Part shown: piece by piece, positions 13,199 through 23,194 of the stretch
Numbering within the stretch: position 1 is the first letter of the stretch
Layout: every line of letters begins with the position of its first letter
From: Mycobacteriales bacterium
GTDB lineage: Bacteria > Actinomycetota > Actinomycetes > Mycobacteriales > QHCD01
Length of the DNA stretch: 64,000 nucleotides
Assembly: GCA_036497565.1 (NCBI GenBank)
Contig: DASXJE010000257.1
Coordinates: 12,532 to 76,531 of the forward strand
Direction: 5' to 3'
The notes under the pieces: model-generated
What the model saw: the letters and a program-made list of their open reading frames with translations, nothing else
Told to the model about the DNA's origin: nothing
Database searches by the model: none
Made by a program: the position numbers and the translations under genes

Positions 13199-14521
13199 AT
13201 GGCCTTGTCACGACGCGACCTGCTGCGGTTCGGCGGCGCGGCGGCCGCCGGGGGCCTGCTGGCGCCCGGCCTCGCGGCCTGCGGACAGGGTTCGCAGGCC
13301 CCGATCAAGTCCGGCTCGGTCGACGTGAACCTCTGGACCAACGACCAGAACTACGTCAACCTCTTCACCTGGTGGGCGAAACGCCTGTCGACGCCGTCGG
13401 CGACCTACCGCTACAACCTGCGCCCGCTGGTGCAGGACTCCGAGGTCGTCGCCACGAAGACCCTGTCGGCGTACACCGCGCACAGTCACCCGCCCGAGCT
13501 GCCCGGCATCGAGATCTCGCAGTTCTCCCGGTTCATGAAGGCCGGGATCGCGCCGACCGTGTTCGTGGACCTGACCGATCGGATCGCCGGCGTCCGGGAC
13601 CAGTTCTTCGCGTCCCGCTGGGCACCGTATCAAGTGGACGGACGGCAGTACGGCGTCGAGTCGTCCTTCCCGCTCGCGGTCTACTACTACCGCGCCGACC
13701 TCTTCGAGAAGTACAAGATCCCGGTCGAGCTCGACACGTGGGACGACGTACTGAAGGTCGGTAAGCAGGTCAACGACAAACACGGTGTCTCGCTCGGGGT
13801 GGTCGGAATCCCGCAGGGCGGCGACCTGACCTGGCTCGGGATCCTGCTGCAGCAGCGGGGCGGGCAGTTTTTCGACAAGGACGGCAACCTCACCATCGAC
13901 AGCCGGGAGACGGTCGACGCCATCCAGCTGATGGTCGACGGCGTGAAGTCCGGGGCGTTCCTGATGGTCAGCGACTTCTACGGCGGCCCGGGCACCGCCG
14001 CGATCAAGCAGGGCAAGGGCGCCGCGTTCTTCATGCCGGACTGGTTCGAGAGCTTCATTCTCCGGTCGACCGCACCCGAGCTGTCCGGCAAGTGGCGGAT
14101 GCGTCCGCTGCCCCGCTTCTCCGGCGGCGGACATCCCACCAGCGTGTGGGGCGGCACCGGATTCTGCGTCTCCAAGGGCATGGCCGGCACCGATGCGACC
14201 TGGGACCTGCTGCAGAAGGTCTACCTGACCGAGGAAGGCCAGGTCGAGCGCTTCAAGCGGATCCACTTCCTGCCGACCATGAAGAAGGCGTGGGACAACA
14301 AGGAGCTCATCGACTTCACCGACCCGTATCTGGGTGGTCAGCATTCGTTCCGGCTGTTCAAGAGCCTGTCCAACGATGCACCGACCCAGTACCAGAGCCC
14401 GTACTGGAACATCATGACGGTCGAGCTGTCGATCGCCCTCGAAGACGCCCTCACCGGCCGCAAGACCGCAGCACAGGCCGTCAAGAGCGCCACCGCATCC
14501 ATCACCTCCCAGATGAAGTGA
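13199..14521 (+). CDS. Carbohydrate ABC transporter substrate-binding lipoprotein (Tat)
   Basis: SRRDLLRF twin-Arg signal, LAACG lipobox, CUT1 SBP features. Confidence 0.9.
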   Translation: MALSRRDLLRFGGAAAAGGLLAPGLAACGQGSQAPIKSGSVDVNLWTNDQNYVNLFTWWAKRLSTPSATYRYNLRPLVQDSEVVATKTLSAYTAHSHPPELPGIEISQFSRFMKAGIAPTVFVDLTDRIAGVRDQFFASRWAPYQVDGRQYGVESSFPLAVYYYRADLFEKYKIPVELDTWDDVLKVGKQVNDKHGVSLGVVGIPQGGDLTWLGILLQQRGGQFFDKDGNLTIDSRETVDAIQLMVDGVKSGAFLMVSDFYGGPGTAAIKQGKGAAFFMPDWFESFILRSTAPELSGKWRMRPLPRFSGGGHPTSVWGGTGFCVSKGMAGTDATWDLLQKVYLTEEGQVERFKRIHFLPTMKKAWDNKELIDFTDPYLGGQHSFRLFKSLSNDAPTQYQSPYWNIMTVELSIALEDALTGRKTAAQAVKSATASITSQMK

Positions 14522-14530
14522 GCGACGAGA

Positions 14531-15478
14531 ATGGCTGAGACCTCGACCATCCTCCGCCGACCGAGTGGTGACCGGAAGTCCCGGACGCTGCCGGCCGGGC
14601 GCACCCGCCAGCACAGCCGGCTGGTGCCCTACCTGTTCGTGTCGCCGTTCTACGTCCTCTACGTGCTCTTCCTGCTGGGGCCGACGGTCTACGCGTTCTG
14701 GCTCAGCCTGCACGAGTGGGCCGGCATCGGGCCGAGCACCTGGGTCGGGCTGAGCAACTACACCCGGTTGTTCCGCGACTCCAGCTTCCACGGCGCGGTC
14801 ACCAACACCTTGTGGTACGTCGCGGCCAGCGTGCTGGTCGTGACGCCGCTCGCCCTCGTGATCGCCACCGCGCTCAATACCCGCGGTCTGCGTGGCCGGG
14901 ACATGTTCCGGGTCGGCTACTTCCTGCCGATGGTGCTGTCCCCGGTCGTGGTCTCCCTCGTCTTCACGATCATCTTCGACCAGAACTTCGGGCTGCTCAA
15001 CGCCGTGCTGCGCGGCCTGATCGGGATCAAGCCGGTCAACTGGCTGGGTGCTCCCAACTGGGCGAAGGTAGCGATCGTCATCGTCCTGATCTGGCGGTGG
15101 ACCGGCTACCTGGTCATCTACTTCCTGGCCGGCCTGCAGAGCGTCCCGCGCGACCTCTACGAGGCAGCTGATATCGACGGCGCCGGCGCAATCGGGAAGT
15201 TCCGCAGCGTCACCGTCCCGATGCTCAAGCCGGTGACCGCGTTCGTCGCCATCACCGTCTTCATCGGCGCGGCGCAGATCTTCGAAGAACCGTTCATCCT
15301 CACGCAGGGCGGGCCGGGCGAATCCACGATGAGCGTCGCGTACTTCATCTACCGCGCCGCGTTCGAGCGCGAGGACTTCGGCTACGCCGCGGCGGCCGGG
15401 TTCCTGCTCTTCATCGTCGTGTTCGTCCTGACCCGCGTACTCGCGCACTTCTTCGGCATCGGACGAGAGGACCACTGA
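14531..15478 (+). CDS. Carbohydrate ABC permease
   Basis: TM helices, LYEAADIDGA EAA loop. Confidence 0.93.
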   Translation: MAETSTILRRPSGDRKSRTLPAGRTRQHSRLVPYLFVSPFYVLYVLFLLGPTVYAFWLSLHEWAGIGPSTWVGLSNYTRLFRDSSFHGAVTNTLWYVAASVLVVTPLALVIATALNTRGLRGRDMFRVGYFLPMVLSPVVVSLVFTIIFDQNFGLLNAVLRGLIGIKPVNWLGAPNWAKVAIVIVLIWRWTGYLVIYFLAGLQSVPRDLYEAADIDGAGAIGKFRSVTVPMLKPVTAFVAITVFIGAAQIFEEPFILTQGGPGESTMSVAYFIYRAAFEREDFGYAAAAGFLLFIVVFVLTRVLAHFFGIGREDH

Positions 15479-16347
15479 TGGCCGCGACCACCATGACCCG
15501 CACCCGGCGGTCGTCCTCCACGGCAGGACGGCGGGCGCGGATGACCGGCCTCTACGCGGTGCTGGTCCTCATCCTGATCGTCGCCGTACTACCGCTGCTG
15601 TGGGCGCTGTCCAGCTCGTTCAAGCCGGTCGCGGAGATCTTCGTCTATCCGCCGAAGCTGTGGCCCACGCACGGCACGCTGCAGAACTTCACCGACCTCT
15701 TCAAGAACGTGCCCTTCCCGCGCTGGTTGTGGACCAGCCTCTGGGTCAGCATTCTCGCGACCGCGCTCGCGGTCTTCTTCTGCTCGCTGGGCGGCTACGC
15801 CTTCGCCAAATACCACTTCCCCGGGCAACGGGTCCTCTTCGACATCATGTTCAGCTCGATGATGATTCCGTTCGCGGTCATCCTCATCCCGCTGTTCGTC
15901 GAGATGGCGAAGATCGGGTGGGCCGACACTTACGTCGCCCTGATCGTGCCGTGGGTCGCGCCGGCCTTCGGAATCTTCATGATGCGGCAGTTCATCATCC
16001 AGGCGGTGCCCGACCAGGTGATCGAGGCCGCCCGCATCGACGGCGCCAGCGAGTTCGGCATCTTCTGCCGCATCGTGCTGCCGATGGTGCGGCCCGCCCT
16101 CGGGGCGCTCGCGGTCTGGAACTTCCTCAACAGCTACAACAGCTTCCTCTGGCCGCTCGTGGTGCTGTCAAGCGAGGAGAAGTTCACCCTGCCGCTCGGG
16201 CTCAACTCGCTGGTCGGCACGTATTCCCGGGAATACGGCCTCGTCATGGCCGGGACAATCCTCGCGGCCGTCCCGACCATCCTCATCTTCCTGGCGTTGC
16301 GCAAACAGCTCATCGAAGGACTCACCGTGGGCTCGGTCAAGGGCTGA
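15478..16347 (+). CDS. Carbohydrate ABC permease
   Basis: IEAARIDGA EAA loop, WNxFLWP; start overlaps previous stop. Confidence 0.93.
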   Translation: MAATTMTRTRRSSSTAGRRARMTGLYAVLVLILIVAVLPLLWALSSSFKPVAEIFVYPPKLWPTHGTLQNFTDLFKNVPFPRWLWTSLWVSILATALAVFFCSLGGYAFAKYHFPGQRVLFDIMFSSMMIPFAVILIPLFVEMAKIGWADTYVALIVPWVAPAFGIFMMRQFIIQAVPDQVIEAARIDGASEFGIFCRIVLPMVRPALGALAVWNFLNSYNSFLWPLVVLSSEEKFTLPLGLNSLVGTYSREYGLVMAGTILAAVPTILIFLALRKQLIEGLTVGSVKG

Positions 16348-16370
16348 CCCGGACCGCCGGTGGAGGCGCC

Positions 16371-17138
16371 GTGACCGCGAACTCGAGCACGCTCGCCGCG
16401 CAGTTGCAGCGCCAGATACTCGGCGGCGAGATACCGCCGGGCGGTGCGCTCCCCTCCGAACGCAAGCTGGCCGAGCGCTACCGCGTGAGCCGGTCGGTCG
16501 TCCGTGAGGTGCTCGGAGTGCTCGCCGAACGCCGGCTCATCGAGGTCGTCATCGGGCGCGGAGCCTTCGTCCGGGCGCCCCGCACGACCGACGCCGCGCG
16601 GGCCTTCCAGGGAGTGCTCCGCCGGCATGGCGTGACCGCCCGCCAGCTCGTCGAGGCGCGGCGGCTGCTCGAGTCGCACGCGGCCGAATCGGCCGCCGTC
16701 CGGGCGACCGACGCGGACCTGCGGGACATGCTGACCCACCTGGAGGCGCTCGAGGGCGCCGACCGACTGGTGGAGCGGGTACGGCGCGATCTCGCCTTCC
16801 ACATCACCGTCGCGCGCGCGGCGCACAACCCGGTGCTCGAGGTCATGTTCGCCTCGATCGCCGAGCCCAGCGCCGAACTGATCCTGCGCAGCCTGAGCGA
16901 CCCGGCAACGGCCGCCGCCGGCGTTCCCGTGCACCGGCGGGTCTACAACGCGATCCGGTCCGGCAATCCCCGGGCCGCGAGGTCGGCGATGGCCCGGCAC
17001 GCCGACATCGCCGCGCAGACCTACGGCCCGGATCTCGACCGCGACCTCGACCAGGTCGCCGGAGCGGATCTCCGGCACGCGCTCGGCCTCGACGACGCCG
17101 ATCTGGACGAGGTGCGCAGCGCCGTACACCCGGGCTGA
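16371..17138 (+). CDS. GntR/FadR family transcriptional regulator
   Basis: LPSERKLAERYRVSRSVVREVL wHTH plus FCD domain (DLAFH...AHNPVL); GTG 16371. Confidence 0.9.
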   Translation: MTANSSTLAAQLQRQILGGEIPPGGALPSERKLAERYRVSRSVVREVLGVLAERRLIEVVIGRGAFVRAPRTTDAARAFQGVLRRHGVTARQLVEARRLLESHAAESAAVRATDADLRDMLTHLEALEGADRLVERVRRDLAFHITVARAAHNPVLEVMFASIAEPSAELILRSLSDPATAAAGVPVHRRVYNAIRSGNPRAARSAMARHADIAAQTYGPDLDRDLDQVAGADLRHALGLDDADLDEVRSAVHPG

Positions 17139-17245
17139 CAACACCCGACGACACGACCGCAGCCCTTGACACGCGCGGCGTGCCTTTCCATCGTGGACAC
17201 ATCGCAGCCGACCGCGCCCGGTCGACTGCCTCAGGGGAGGCAGCT

Positions 17246-18091
17246 GTGAACCTCGATGGGGACACCACCGGCGCCCGGCTCACCGGCCGGCCCACAACCC
17301 TCGACCGGCCGGAGAACGCCGTCGCCCGGGAGTCCGGCGCGGTGCTGTTCACCCGATACGCCTACCCACCGAACGAGCTCGGCTACTGCGGACCGCCCGA
17401 CCACCGGGCGCTGCTCGAATACGGCACCGCCGGCGTCGTCGACGACGGCCTGGTGCAGCTCGCGCGGGGCTTCCTCGGCGCCTGGCCCTACCTGCAGCTC
17501 ATCGCCGAGGGCACCGGCATCGGCGACCCGCTCGACCGGCGCGTGGTGCAGGCCTACTGGGTCGGCAGCCGGCTGCTCGAGCGGGTCGACCGCAACATGT
17601 TCGGCAACTCCCTACGCGACCGGTTCCACCCGCGCACCGGGCTCACCTGGAGCTATCTCGAGGAGAACGTCCCGGCCGACGCCGTGCCTCATCACAGCTT
17701 CCACGTCTTCGGCGTCTACCCGTGGGTCGGGCTGCTCGGCGCCGACCGGGGCGACACCCCGCTGACGGTGCTCGACCGGTGCCGGATCCGGTGGGGCCAG
17801 GTCGTCGCCGTCGAGCCCGGTCAGGTCGTGGTGCGCTCGCAGCCCCTGACCTGGGACGGCCACCACCTCGGCCTCGGGCCGGCGCAGACCGAGACCGCGA
17901 CCCGGTCGGTCGACGGCTATTCGTTCCTGCCGGACCTGAAGATCGGGGACTGGGTGTCGCTGCACTGGCACTGGGTCTGCGACCGGCTCAGCGCGTCGGA
18001 TCTGGCGGCGTTGAAGCACTACACCGCGCGCCAGTTGGACATCACCAACCACAAGGTGCAGCACTCGGGCCCGGCCGCCGCGCTCTCCTGA
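17246..18091 (+). CDS. DUF6390-like protein (hydrogenase-cluster associated)
   Basis: FTRYAYPPNELGYCGP, AYWVG, PHHSFHV, LDRCRIRWG, VSLHWHWVC; family name from recall. Confidence 0.75.
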   Translation: MNLDGDTTGARLTGRPTTLDRPENAVARESGAVLFTRYAYPPNELGYCGPPDHRALLEYGTAGVVDDGLVQLARGFLGAWPYLQLIAEGTGIGDPLDRRVVQAYWVGSRLLERVDRNMFGNSLRDRFHPRTGLTWSYLEENVPADAVPHHSFHVFGVYPWVGLLGADRGDTPLTVLDRCRIRWGQVVAVEPGQVVVRSQPLTWDGHHLGLGPAQTETATRSVDGYSFLPDLKIGDWVSLHWHWVCDRLSASDLAALKHYTARQLDITNHKVQHSGPAAALS

Positions 18092-19204
18092 TCAGTCGCG
18101 CTGCCCGCTGGACGGCGGGAGCAGCCACCCGCGGGACAACCGCCAGGTCGTCTGGTCCCCCACCTGCAGTCGCGGCGGCCCCGCGTCGCGGACCACGACC
18201 CGGCCGGCCGGCGTGTCGAGCCGGTAGTCGGTGTGCGCGCCGCGGTACTGAACCCGGTCCACCTGACCGGGCAGCGGCCCGTCGAGCGCGGTCCAGTCCG
18301 GCCGGACGAGGACGTTGACCTCGTCCGCGACGACGCCGTCCGGCGGCCCCACGTCGAGATCCACCCGGACGCCGGCGACGCTCACCACGACGCGACCGGA
18401 CGGACCGGACCGGGCACTCCCCCGCAGCACGAACGCGGGACCGGTCAGCCGGGCGGCCCACAGGTCGACCGGTTGTTCGTAGACCGCGCGCGGTGATCCG
18501 GTCTGCACGAGGTGCCCGCGGTGCAGCAGCACCAGGCGGTCGGCGACCGCCAACGCCTCGGTCGCGTCATGCGTGGCGTAGATCGCGGCCGCGCCGGTAC
18601 GCCGCTGGGCATCGGCGATCTCCTCCTGCACCGTCGCGCGGAGCGAGGCGTCGAGGTGCGCCGTCGGCTCGTCGAAGAGGTTGACCGAGCCGCGGCGGGC
18701 GAGTGCGCGGGCCAGGCCGATGCGTTGCTGCTCGCCGCCGGACAGCTGGCTGGGACGGCGGTCGGCGAGGTGGGCGGCACGCAGCCGGTCGAGCAGGGCG
18801 AGCGCTTCGGCCCGGGCGTCCGCCCGGGACCGGCCGGCCCGGCGCAGCGGGTAGCCGACCGTGTCGAGCGCCGACAGATGCGGCCACAGTGCGTAGTTCT
18901 GGAACACCATCCCGACGGCCCGCCGCTCGGGTGGCTCCAGCCGGTCGGCCGAGGCGACCAGGCGGTCACCCAGCCACACCTCACCGCCGCTCGGTGCCAC
19001 GAAGCCGGCCACGGTGTGCAGCAGCGTGGTCTTTCCCGAACCGGACGGTCCGAGCAACGCCACGACCTCACCCGCCCCGACGGTCAGCTCGAGATCGACG
19101 AGCACCGGATGACCGTCGTACTCGACCTGCAGTCCCCGGCAGGTGACCGCGGGCGTGGACCGGACGATGTCCGGCGCTCGCACATCGGTCACGTCAGGCT
19201 GCAC
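18092..19204 (-). CDS. ABC transporter ATP-binding protein (Fe3+/polyamine family)
   Basis: GPSGSGKT, LSGGEQQR, LFDEPT, C-terminal TOBE. Confidence 0.92.
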   Translation of the reverse strand: MQPDVTDVRAPDIVRSTPAVTCRGLQVEYDGHPVLVDLELTVGAGEVVALLGPSGSGKTTLLHTVAGFVAPSGGEVWLGDRLVASADRLEPPERRAVGMVFQNYALWPHLSALDTVGYPLRRAGRSRADARAEALALLDRLRAAHLADRRPSQLSGGEQQRIGLARALARRGSVNLFDEPTAHLDASLRATVQEEIADAQRRTGAAAIYATHDATEALAVADRLVLLHRGHLVQTGSPRAVYEQPVDLWAARLTGPAFVLRGSARSGPSGRVVVSVAGVRVDLDVGPPDGVVADEVNVLVRPDWTALDGPLPGQVDRVQYRGAHTDYRLDTPAGRVVVRDAGPPRLQVGDQTTWRLSRGWLLPPSSGQRD

Positions 19205-20891
19205 CGGACACCCCTGCCTCCGCGCGAACCGGGGCGTGGCGGCGCGCCCCGGAGCTGCGCCGCACCCTCGACCAGACGAGCAGCGGCAACGCCGCGACGA
19301 CCAGCAGCAGGCCCAGCAGGACGGCCAGCGCGGCGGTCACGCCGACGTCGCCGAGCTGCTGCTGGTTGAGGACCACGACAGCCAGCGTCTCACTGGACGG
19401 TCCGTAGAGCAGGCTGGACATGGTCAGCTCGTGCAGCACGACGAGGAAAATCAGCAGCCAGGCACCGGCGAGGGCCGGGGAGAGCGGGCGGAGCACCACG
19501 GTGCGGATCGCGGTGATGGTCCGGGCGCCGCTGACCCGGGCGGCCCGCAGGTCGTCCGGCGGGAGCCGATCGACGGCACCGGAGATCGGCCGGTGCCCGA
19601 ACGGCCACAGCTTGGCCAGGCACGCCAGCAGGATGAGCAGCAGCGTGTCGCGTAGCCACCGTCCATAGGCGAGCAGCATGCCCACCGCGAGCGCCGACCC
19701 CGGAAGGGCGAAGGCCAGCATGACGATCGTCGGCAGGCTCCGGCCGAATCGCCGCCGTTCCAGGGCCGCGACGAGCCCGCCCGCGGCGACCAGGATGCTG
19801 GCGGCGGCGAGCGCGAGCAGCAGGCTGCGCAACAGCGCCGGAACGGTGGGGCCGGACAGCGCCTGGCTGAAGTTGGCCAGCGTCCAGTTGCTCGGCACCG
19901 GCGTCAGCCCGACGGCCCGGGTGATCGACGCCAGAACCAGTGCCACCAGCGGCAATCCGACGGCGACGGCGAGGTAGGCCCACAGCGCGGCCGTCGCGAG
20001 CCACGCGGACCGGCCCGGCTTTCGCGTCGGGACCGCGCCGGCCGAACCGCCGCTGCGGATCGGGCGCCCACGCACGCCGAAGAGCCGGTCGGCGGGGACC
20101 AGCACGATGACGGCGACGAGCACCAGGGCCAACGACAGGGTGATCGCGTCGGTGAAGGAGTCCGGGTCACTCGCCAGCGCGAGGTCGGAGTAGATCCGCG
20201 TGGTCATGGTCGCGAAACCGGCCGGGATCCCCAGCACCGCGGGTACGGCGAAGGATTCCAGTGCCGTCACGAACACCAGGGCCGCGGCGGCCCCGAGCGG
20301 TGCCCGCAGCAGCGGCAGCGTGACCGTCCGGAACGCGGTGACCGCGTCGGCACCGGCGGCGCGCGCCGCGCGGACGAGGTCGGGCTCGGCGCGCGCCGAA
20401 AGGCTCGCGGCGACGACGAGATAGGCCAGCGGCAGGACGTTGACCGCGGTGACGACGATGACGCCGGCCGGCCCGAACAGTCCCGGCAGGGTCACGCCCA
20501 GGACCTGGTCGCTGAACCCCGACCGCCCGTAGGCCTGGGTCCAGCTGTAGCCGAGCACGAACTGCGGGACCAGCAGCGGCAGCAGTACGGCGACGCGCAA
20601 CCAGCGGCGCCCCGGTGTGCCGGGCCGGGCGGTCGCCAAAGCGGCCGCCGCGCCGCCGCAGACCGCGATCGCCGTCACCGCGAGGGCGACCTCGAGGCTG
20701 TGCGCCACCGCCGACCCGAAGCCGGGAGCGGTCACCACGCGGCGCAACGGTCCGGTGCCCGCGCTGACCAAGATCGCGACGAGGCGCGCCAATGGCAGAC
20801 CGACGAGTCCGACGACGAGGGCGGCGGCGAGCAGTACGCCGTAGCCGGCCCACCCCGGGCGTCCGAGGCGCCCGAGCCGCACCGTGCTCAC
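19194..20891 (-). CDS. ABC permease, FbpB/AfuB-like duplicated domain
   Basis: Two permease repeats with EAA-like loops (RAARAAGA, RAARVSGA). Confidence 0.9.
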   Translation of the reverse strand: MSTVRLGRLGRPGWAGYGVLLAAALVVGLVGLPLARLVAILVSAGTGPLRRVVTAPGFGSAVAHSLEVALAVTAIAVCGGAAAALATARPGTPGRRWLRVAVLLPLLVPQFVLGYSWTQAYGRSGFSDQVLGVTLPGLFGPAGVIVVTAVNVLPLAYLVVAASLSARAEPDLVRAARAAGADAVTAFRTVTLPLLRAPLGAAAALVFVTALESFAVPAVLGIPAGFATMTTRIYSDLALASDPDSFTDAITLSLALVLVAVIVLVPADRLFGVRGRPIRSGGSAGAVPTRKPGRSAWLATAALWAYLAVAVGLPLVALVLASITRAVGLTPVPSNWTLANFSQALSGPTVPALLRSLLLALAAASILVAAGGLVAALERRRFGRSLPTIVMLAFALPGSALAVGMLLAYGRWLRDTLLLILLACLAKLWPFGHRPISGAVDRLPPDDLRAARVSGARTITAIRTVVLRPLSPALAGAWLLIFLVVLHELTMSSLLYGPSSETLAVVVLNQQQLGDVGVTAALAVLLGLLLVVAALPLLVWSRVRRSSGARRHAPVRAEAGVSGAA

Positions 20892-21901
20892 GCGCCGAAG
20901 ATCCCCTGGTATTCACGCAGCAGGGCGGCCTTGTCGCTGAACAGCGTGGGCCACGCCGGCGCGACGATGTGCGCGCCGACCGCCTTCGGCCGTGCGGCGA
21001 TGCCCGGCAATGCGGGCTGTTTCCCGCTCTTGGCGATGGCCTTCTGTCCAGCCGGGCTGAGGACGTCGTTCACGTAGGACCGGGCGAGGGAGGGATCGGC
21101 CGAGCTGCGCACCGTACCGATCGGGCTGTAGATGACGATGGCGCCCGGAGCGGGCCAGGCGACCTTGACCGGAGCGCCCTTCTTGACCGCGGCGAGCGCC
21201 CCGTCGAGCAGCGTCATCCCGACCTTGTAGCGGCCCTGCGCGACACCCGTCACGACGTCGTCCGGGCTGTTCACCGTCACCGCTCCGTTGGCCGCGAGCT
21301 TGCGGTAGAACGCGGCCCCATAACCCTTCGCCTGGCTGAAGTACCCGAGCGCGCCCATGGCCGATCCGGCGAAGGCCGGGTCCGGCAGCGCGACCGCATG
21401 CCGGTAGGCAGGGCGGGTGAGGTCGGCCCAGCTGGTGGGCGCGGGGTTCAGACCGGCGTGGTAGACGAGCACCATGTAGAGCAGACCGGCGCCGGCGAAG
21501 GACGGCGTACGGAGGTCGGCGGGGATCCGGGCGGCGGCCGGCGGCAGGGTGTGGCTGAGCAGCCCCTGCGCGTCGTAGCCGTGCATGGTCAGCGGATCGC
21601 TGACCCACAGCACGTCCGCACGCACACCCCCGGTGCGCTGGTCGGTGGCGATCCGGGCGTTGAGCTGGCCGGTAGGCGCCCGGAAGACATTCACCTTCGT
21701 GCCGGGATGATCGGCCCGGAAGACGGCCAGGGTGGCGTCGACGGTGTTCTGCGTGACCGAGGTGTAGAGGGTCAGGGTGTGCTGAGCGGACGCGCTCGAC
21801 GAGGCGCTTCCGCAGGCGGCAAGGCCTGCTGCCACCAGGGCCGCCGCCGCCACGCACACCGAGATCCTGACCGGGCGCCGGGCTCTGCCCACGGTGATCA
21901 C
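20888..21901 (-). CDS. ABC substrate-binding lipoprotein, AfuA/FbpA-like
   Basis: LAACGS lipobox; LYTS, APTG, DVLW, LPDP motifs. Confidence 0.85.
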   Translation of the reverse strand: MITVGRARRPVRISVCVAAAALVAAGLAACGSASSSASAQHTLTLYTSVTQNTVDATLAVFRADHPGTKVNVFRAPTGQLNARIATDQRTGGVRADVLWVSDPLTMHGYDAQGLLSHTLPPAAARIPADLRTPSFAGAGLLYMVLVYHAGLNPAPTSWADLTRPAYRHAVALPDPAFAGSAMGALGYFSQAKGYGAAFYRKLAANGAVTVNSPDDVVTGVAQGRYKVGMTLLDGALAAVKKGAPVKVAWPAPGAIVIYSPIGTVRSSADPSLARSYVNDVLSPAGQKAIAKSGKQPALPGIAARPKAVGAHIVAPAWPTLFSDKAALLREYQGIFGA

Positions 21902-22055
21902 CTCCAGTGCGGATGCTAGGGGTCTGCGGCCGCCGACCGCCGGAGGCGCACTGCCCCTATGTGCGCATTGCCCTTACCGCCGACGCCGATGCGCGCCACT
22001 CTGTGCGAATGAGCCGGTGACCGGCACCGCTCCGTGCGTCGCGAGGTGACCAACC

Positions 22056-23126
22056 ATGACGACAGCCGCGCCCGAGCAGACCCCGTCCGGGGAAGACACC
22101 GAACCGGTCGTCCATATCCTCTGGATCAACGCCGGCTTGAGTTGTGACGGCGACTCGGTCGCGCTCACCGCCGCCACGCAGCCGAGCATCGAGGACATCG
22201 TTCTCGGCGCACTCCCAGGACTCCCGAAGGTCGCCGTGCACTGGCCGCTGATCGACTTCGACAACGGCCCCGTCGGCGGCGTCAACGACTTCATCGAGTG
22301 GTTCTTCAAGGCCGACCGCGGCGAGCTCGAACCGTTCGTGCTCGTCGTCGAGGGCTCGATACCCAACGAGGCGATCAAACCGGAGGGGTACTGGTGCGGG
22401 TTCGGCAACGACCCGGTCACCGGCCAGCCGATGACGACGAGCGAGTGGCTCGACCGGCTGGCCCCCAAGGCGCTCGCCATACTCGCGGCGGGCACCTGCG
22501 CCACCTACGGCGGCATCCATGCCATGGCGGGCAATCCCACCGGGGCCATGGGTGTCCCGGACTACCTCGGCTGGGACTGGAAGTCGAAGGCCGGGCTCCC
22601 GATCATCTGCGTGCCGGGCTGCCCGACCCATCCGGACAACCTGTCCGAGACCATCCTCTATCTGCTCTACCAGGCCGCTGGTGCGGCGCCGATGATCCCG
22701 CTGGACGAGGCATTGCGCCCGCGGTGGTTGTTCGGCAGCACCGTGCACGAGGGGTGCGACCGGGCGGGCTACTACGAACAGGGCGACTTCGCGACGGAGT
22801 ACGGGTCCCCGAAGTGCATCGTCAAGCTCGGATGTTGGGGCCCGGTCGTGAAATGCAACGTGCCCAAGCGCGGGTGGATCAACGGCGTCGGGGGATGCCC
22901 GAACGTCGGCGGCATCTGCATCGGATGCACGATGCCGGGCTTCCCCGACAAGTTCATGCCGTTCATGGACGAGCCGCCGGGCGCGCGGGTCTCGACCGCC
23001 GCGAGCGGCGCCTACGGCGTCCTGATCCGCAACCTGCGCAGTGTCACGACGAAGACGGTGGACAAGGAACCGAAGTGGCGCAACAAGGGGCGTGAACTGG
23101 TCACCGGCTACCGGCCTCCGTGGTGA
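22056..23126 (+). CDS. hhyS: Group 1h [NiFe]-hydrogenase small subunit
   Basis: LSCDGDS, GTCATYGG, PGCP, TVHEGCDR, KLGCWGP, CIGCTMPGFPD; no Tat signal. Confidence 0.93.
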   Translation: MTTAAPEQTPSGEDTEPVVHILWINAGLSCDGDSVALTAATQPSIEDIVLGALPGLPKVAVHWPLIDFDNGPVGGVNDFIEWFFKADRGELEPFVLVVEGSIPNEAIKPEGYWCGFGNDPVTGQPMTTSEWLDRLAPKALAILAAGTCATYGGIHAMAGNPTGAMGVPDYLGWDWKSKAGLPIICVPGCPTHPDNLSETILYLLYQAAGAAPMIPLDEALRPRWLFGSTVHEGCDRAGYYEQGDFATEYGSPKCIVKLGCWGPVVKCNVPKRGWINGVGGCPNVGGICIGCTMPGFPDKFMPFMDEPPGARVSTAASGAYGVLIRNLRSVTTKTVDKEPKWRNKGRELVTGYRPPW

Positions 23127-23194
23127 GCGACACCACCGACCGCACCGGAAAACGACGTCGTACCAGCCGAGCGAAGCCGAAGGAAGGGCAGACG

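Noticed and set aside
21902-22055. CRP/GlxR site or Ni/Co riboswitch between the ABC operon and hhyS
   Set aside because: Only TGTGCG(C/A)AT twice and a 6-bp inverted repeat; no TGTGA-N6-TCACA and no recognisable aptamer
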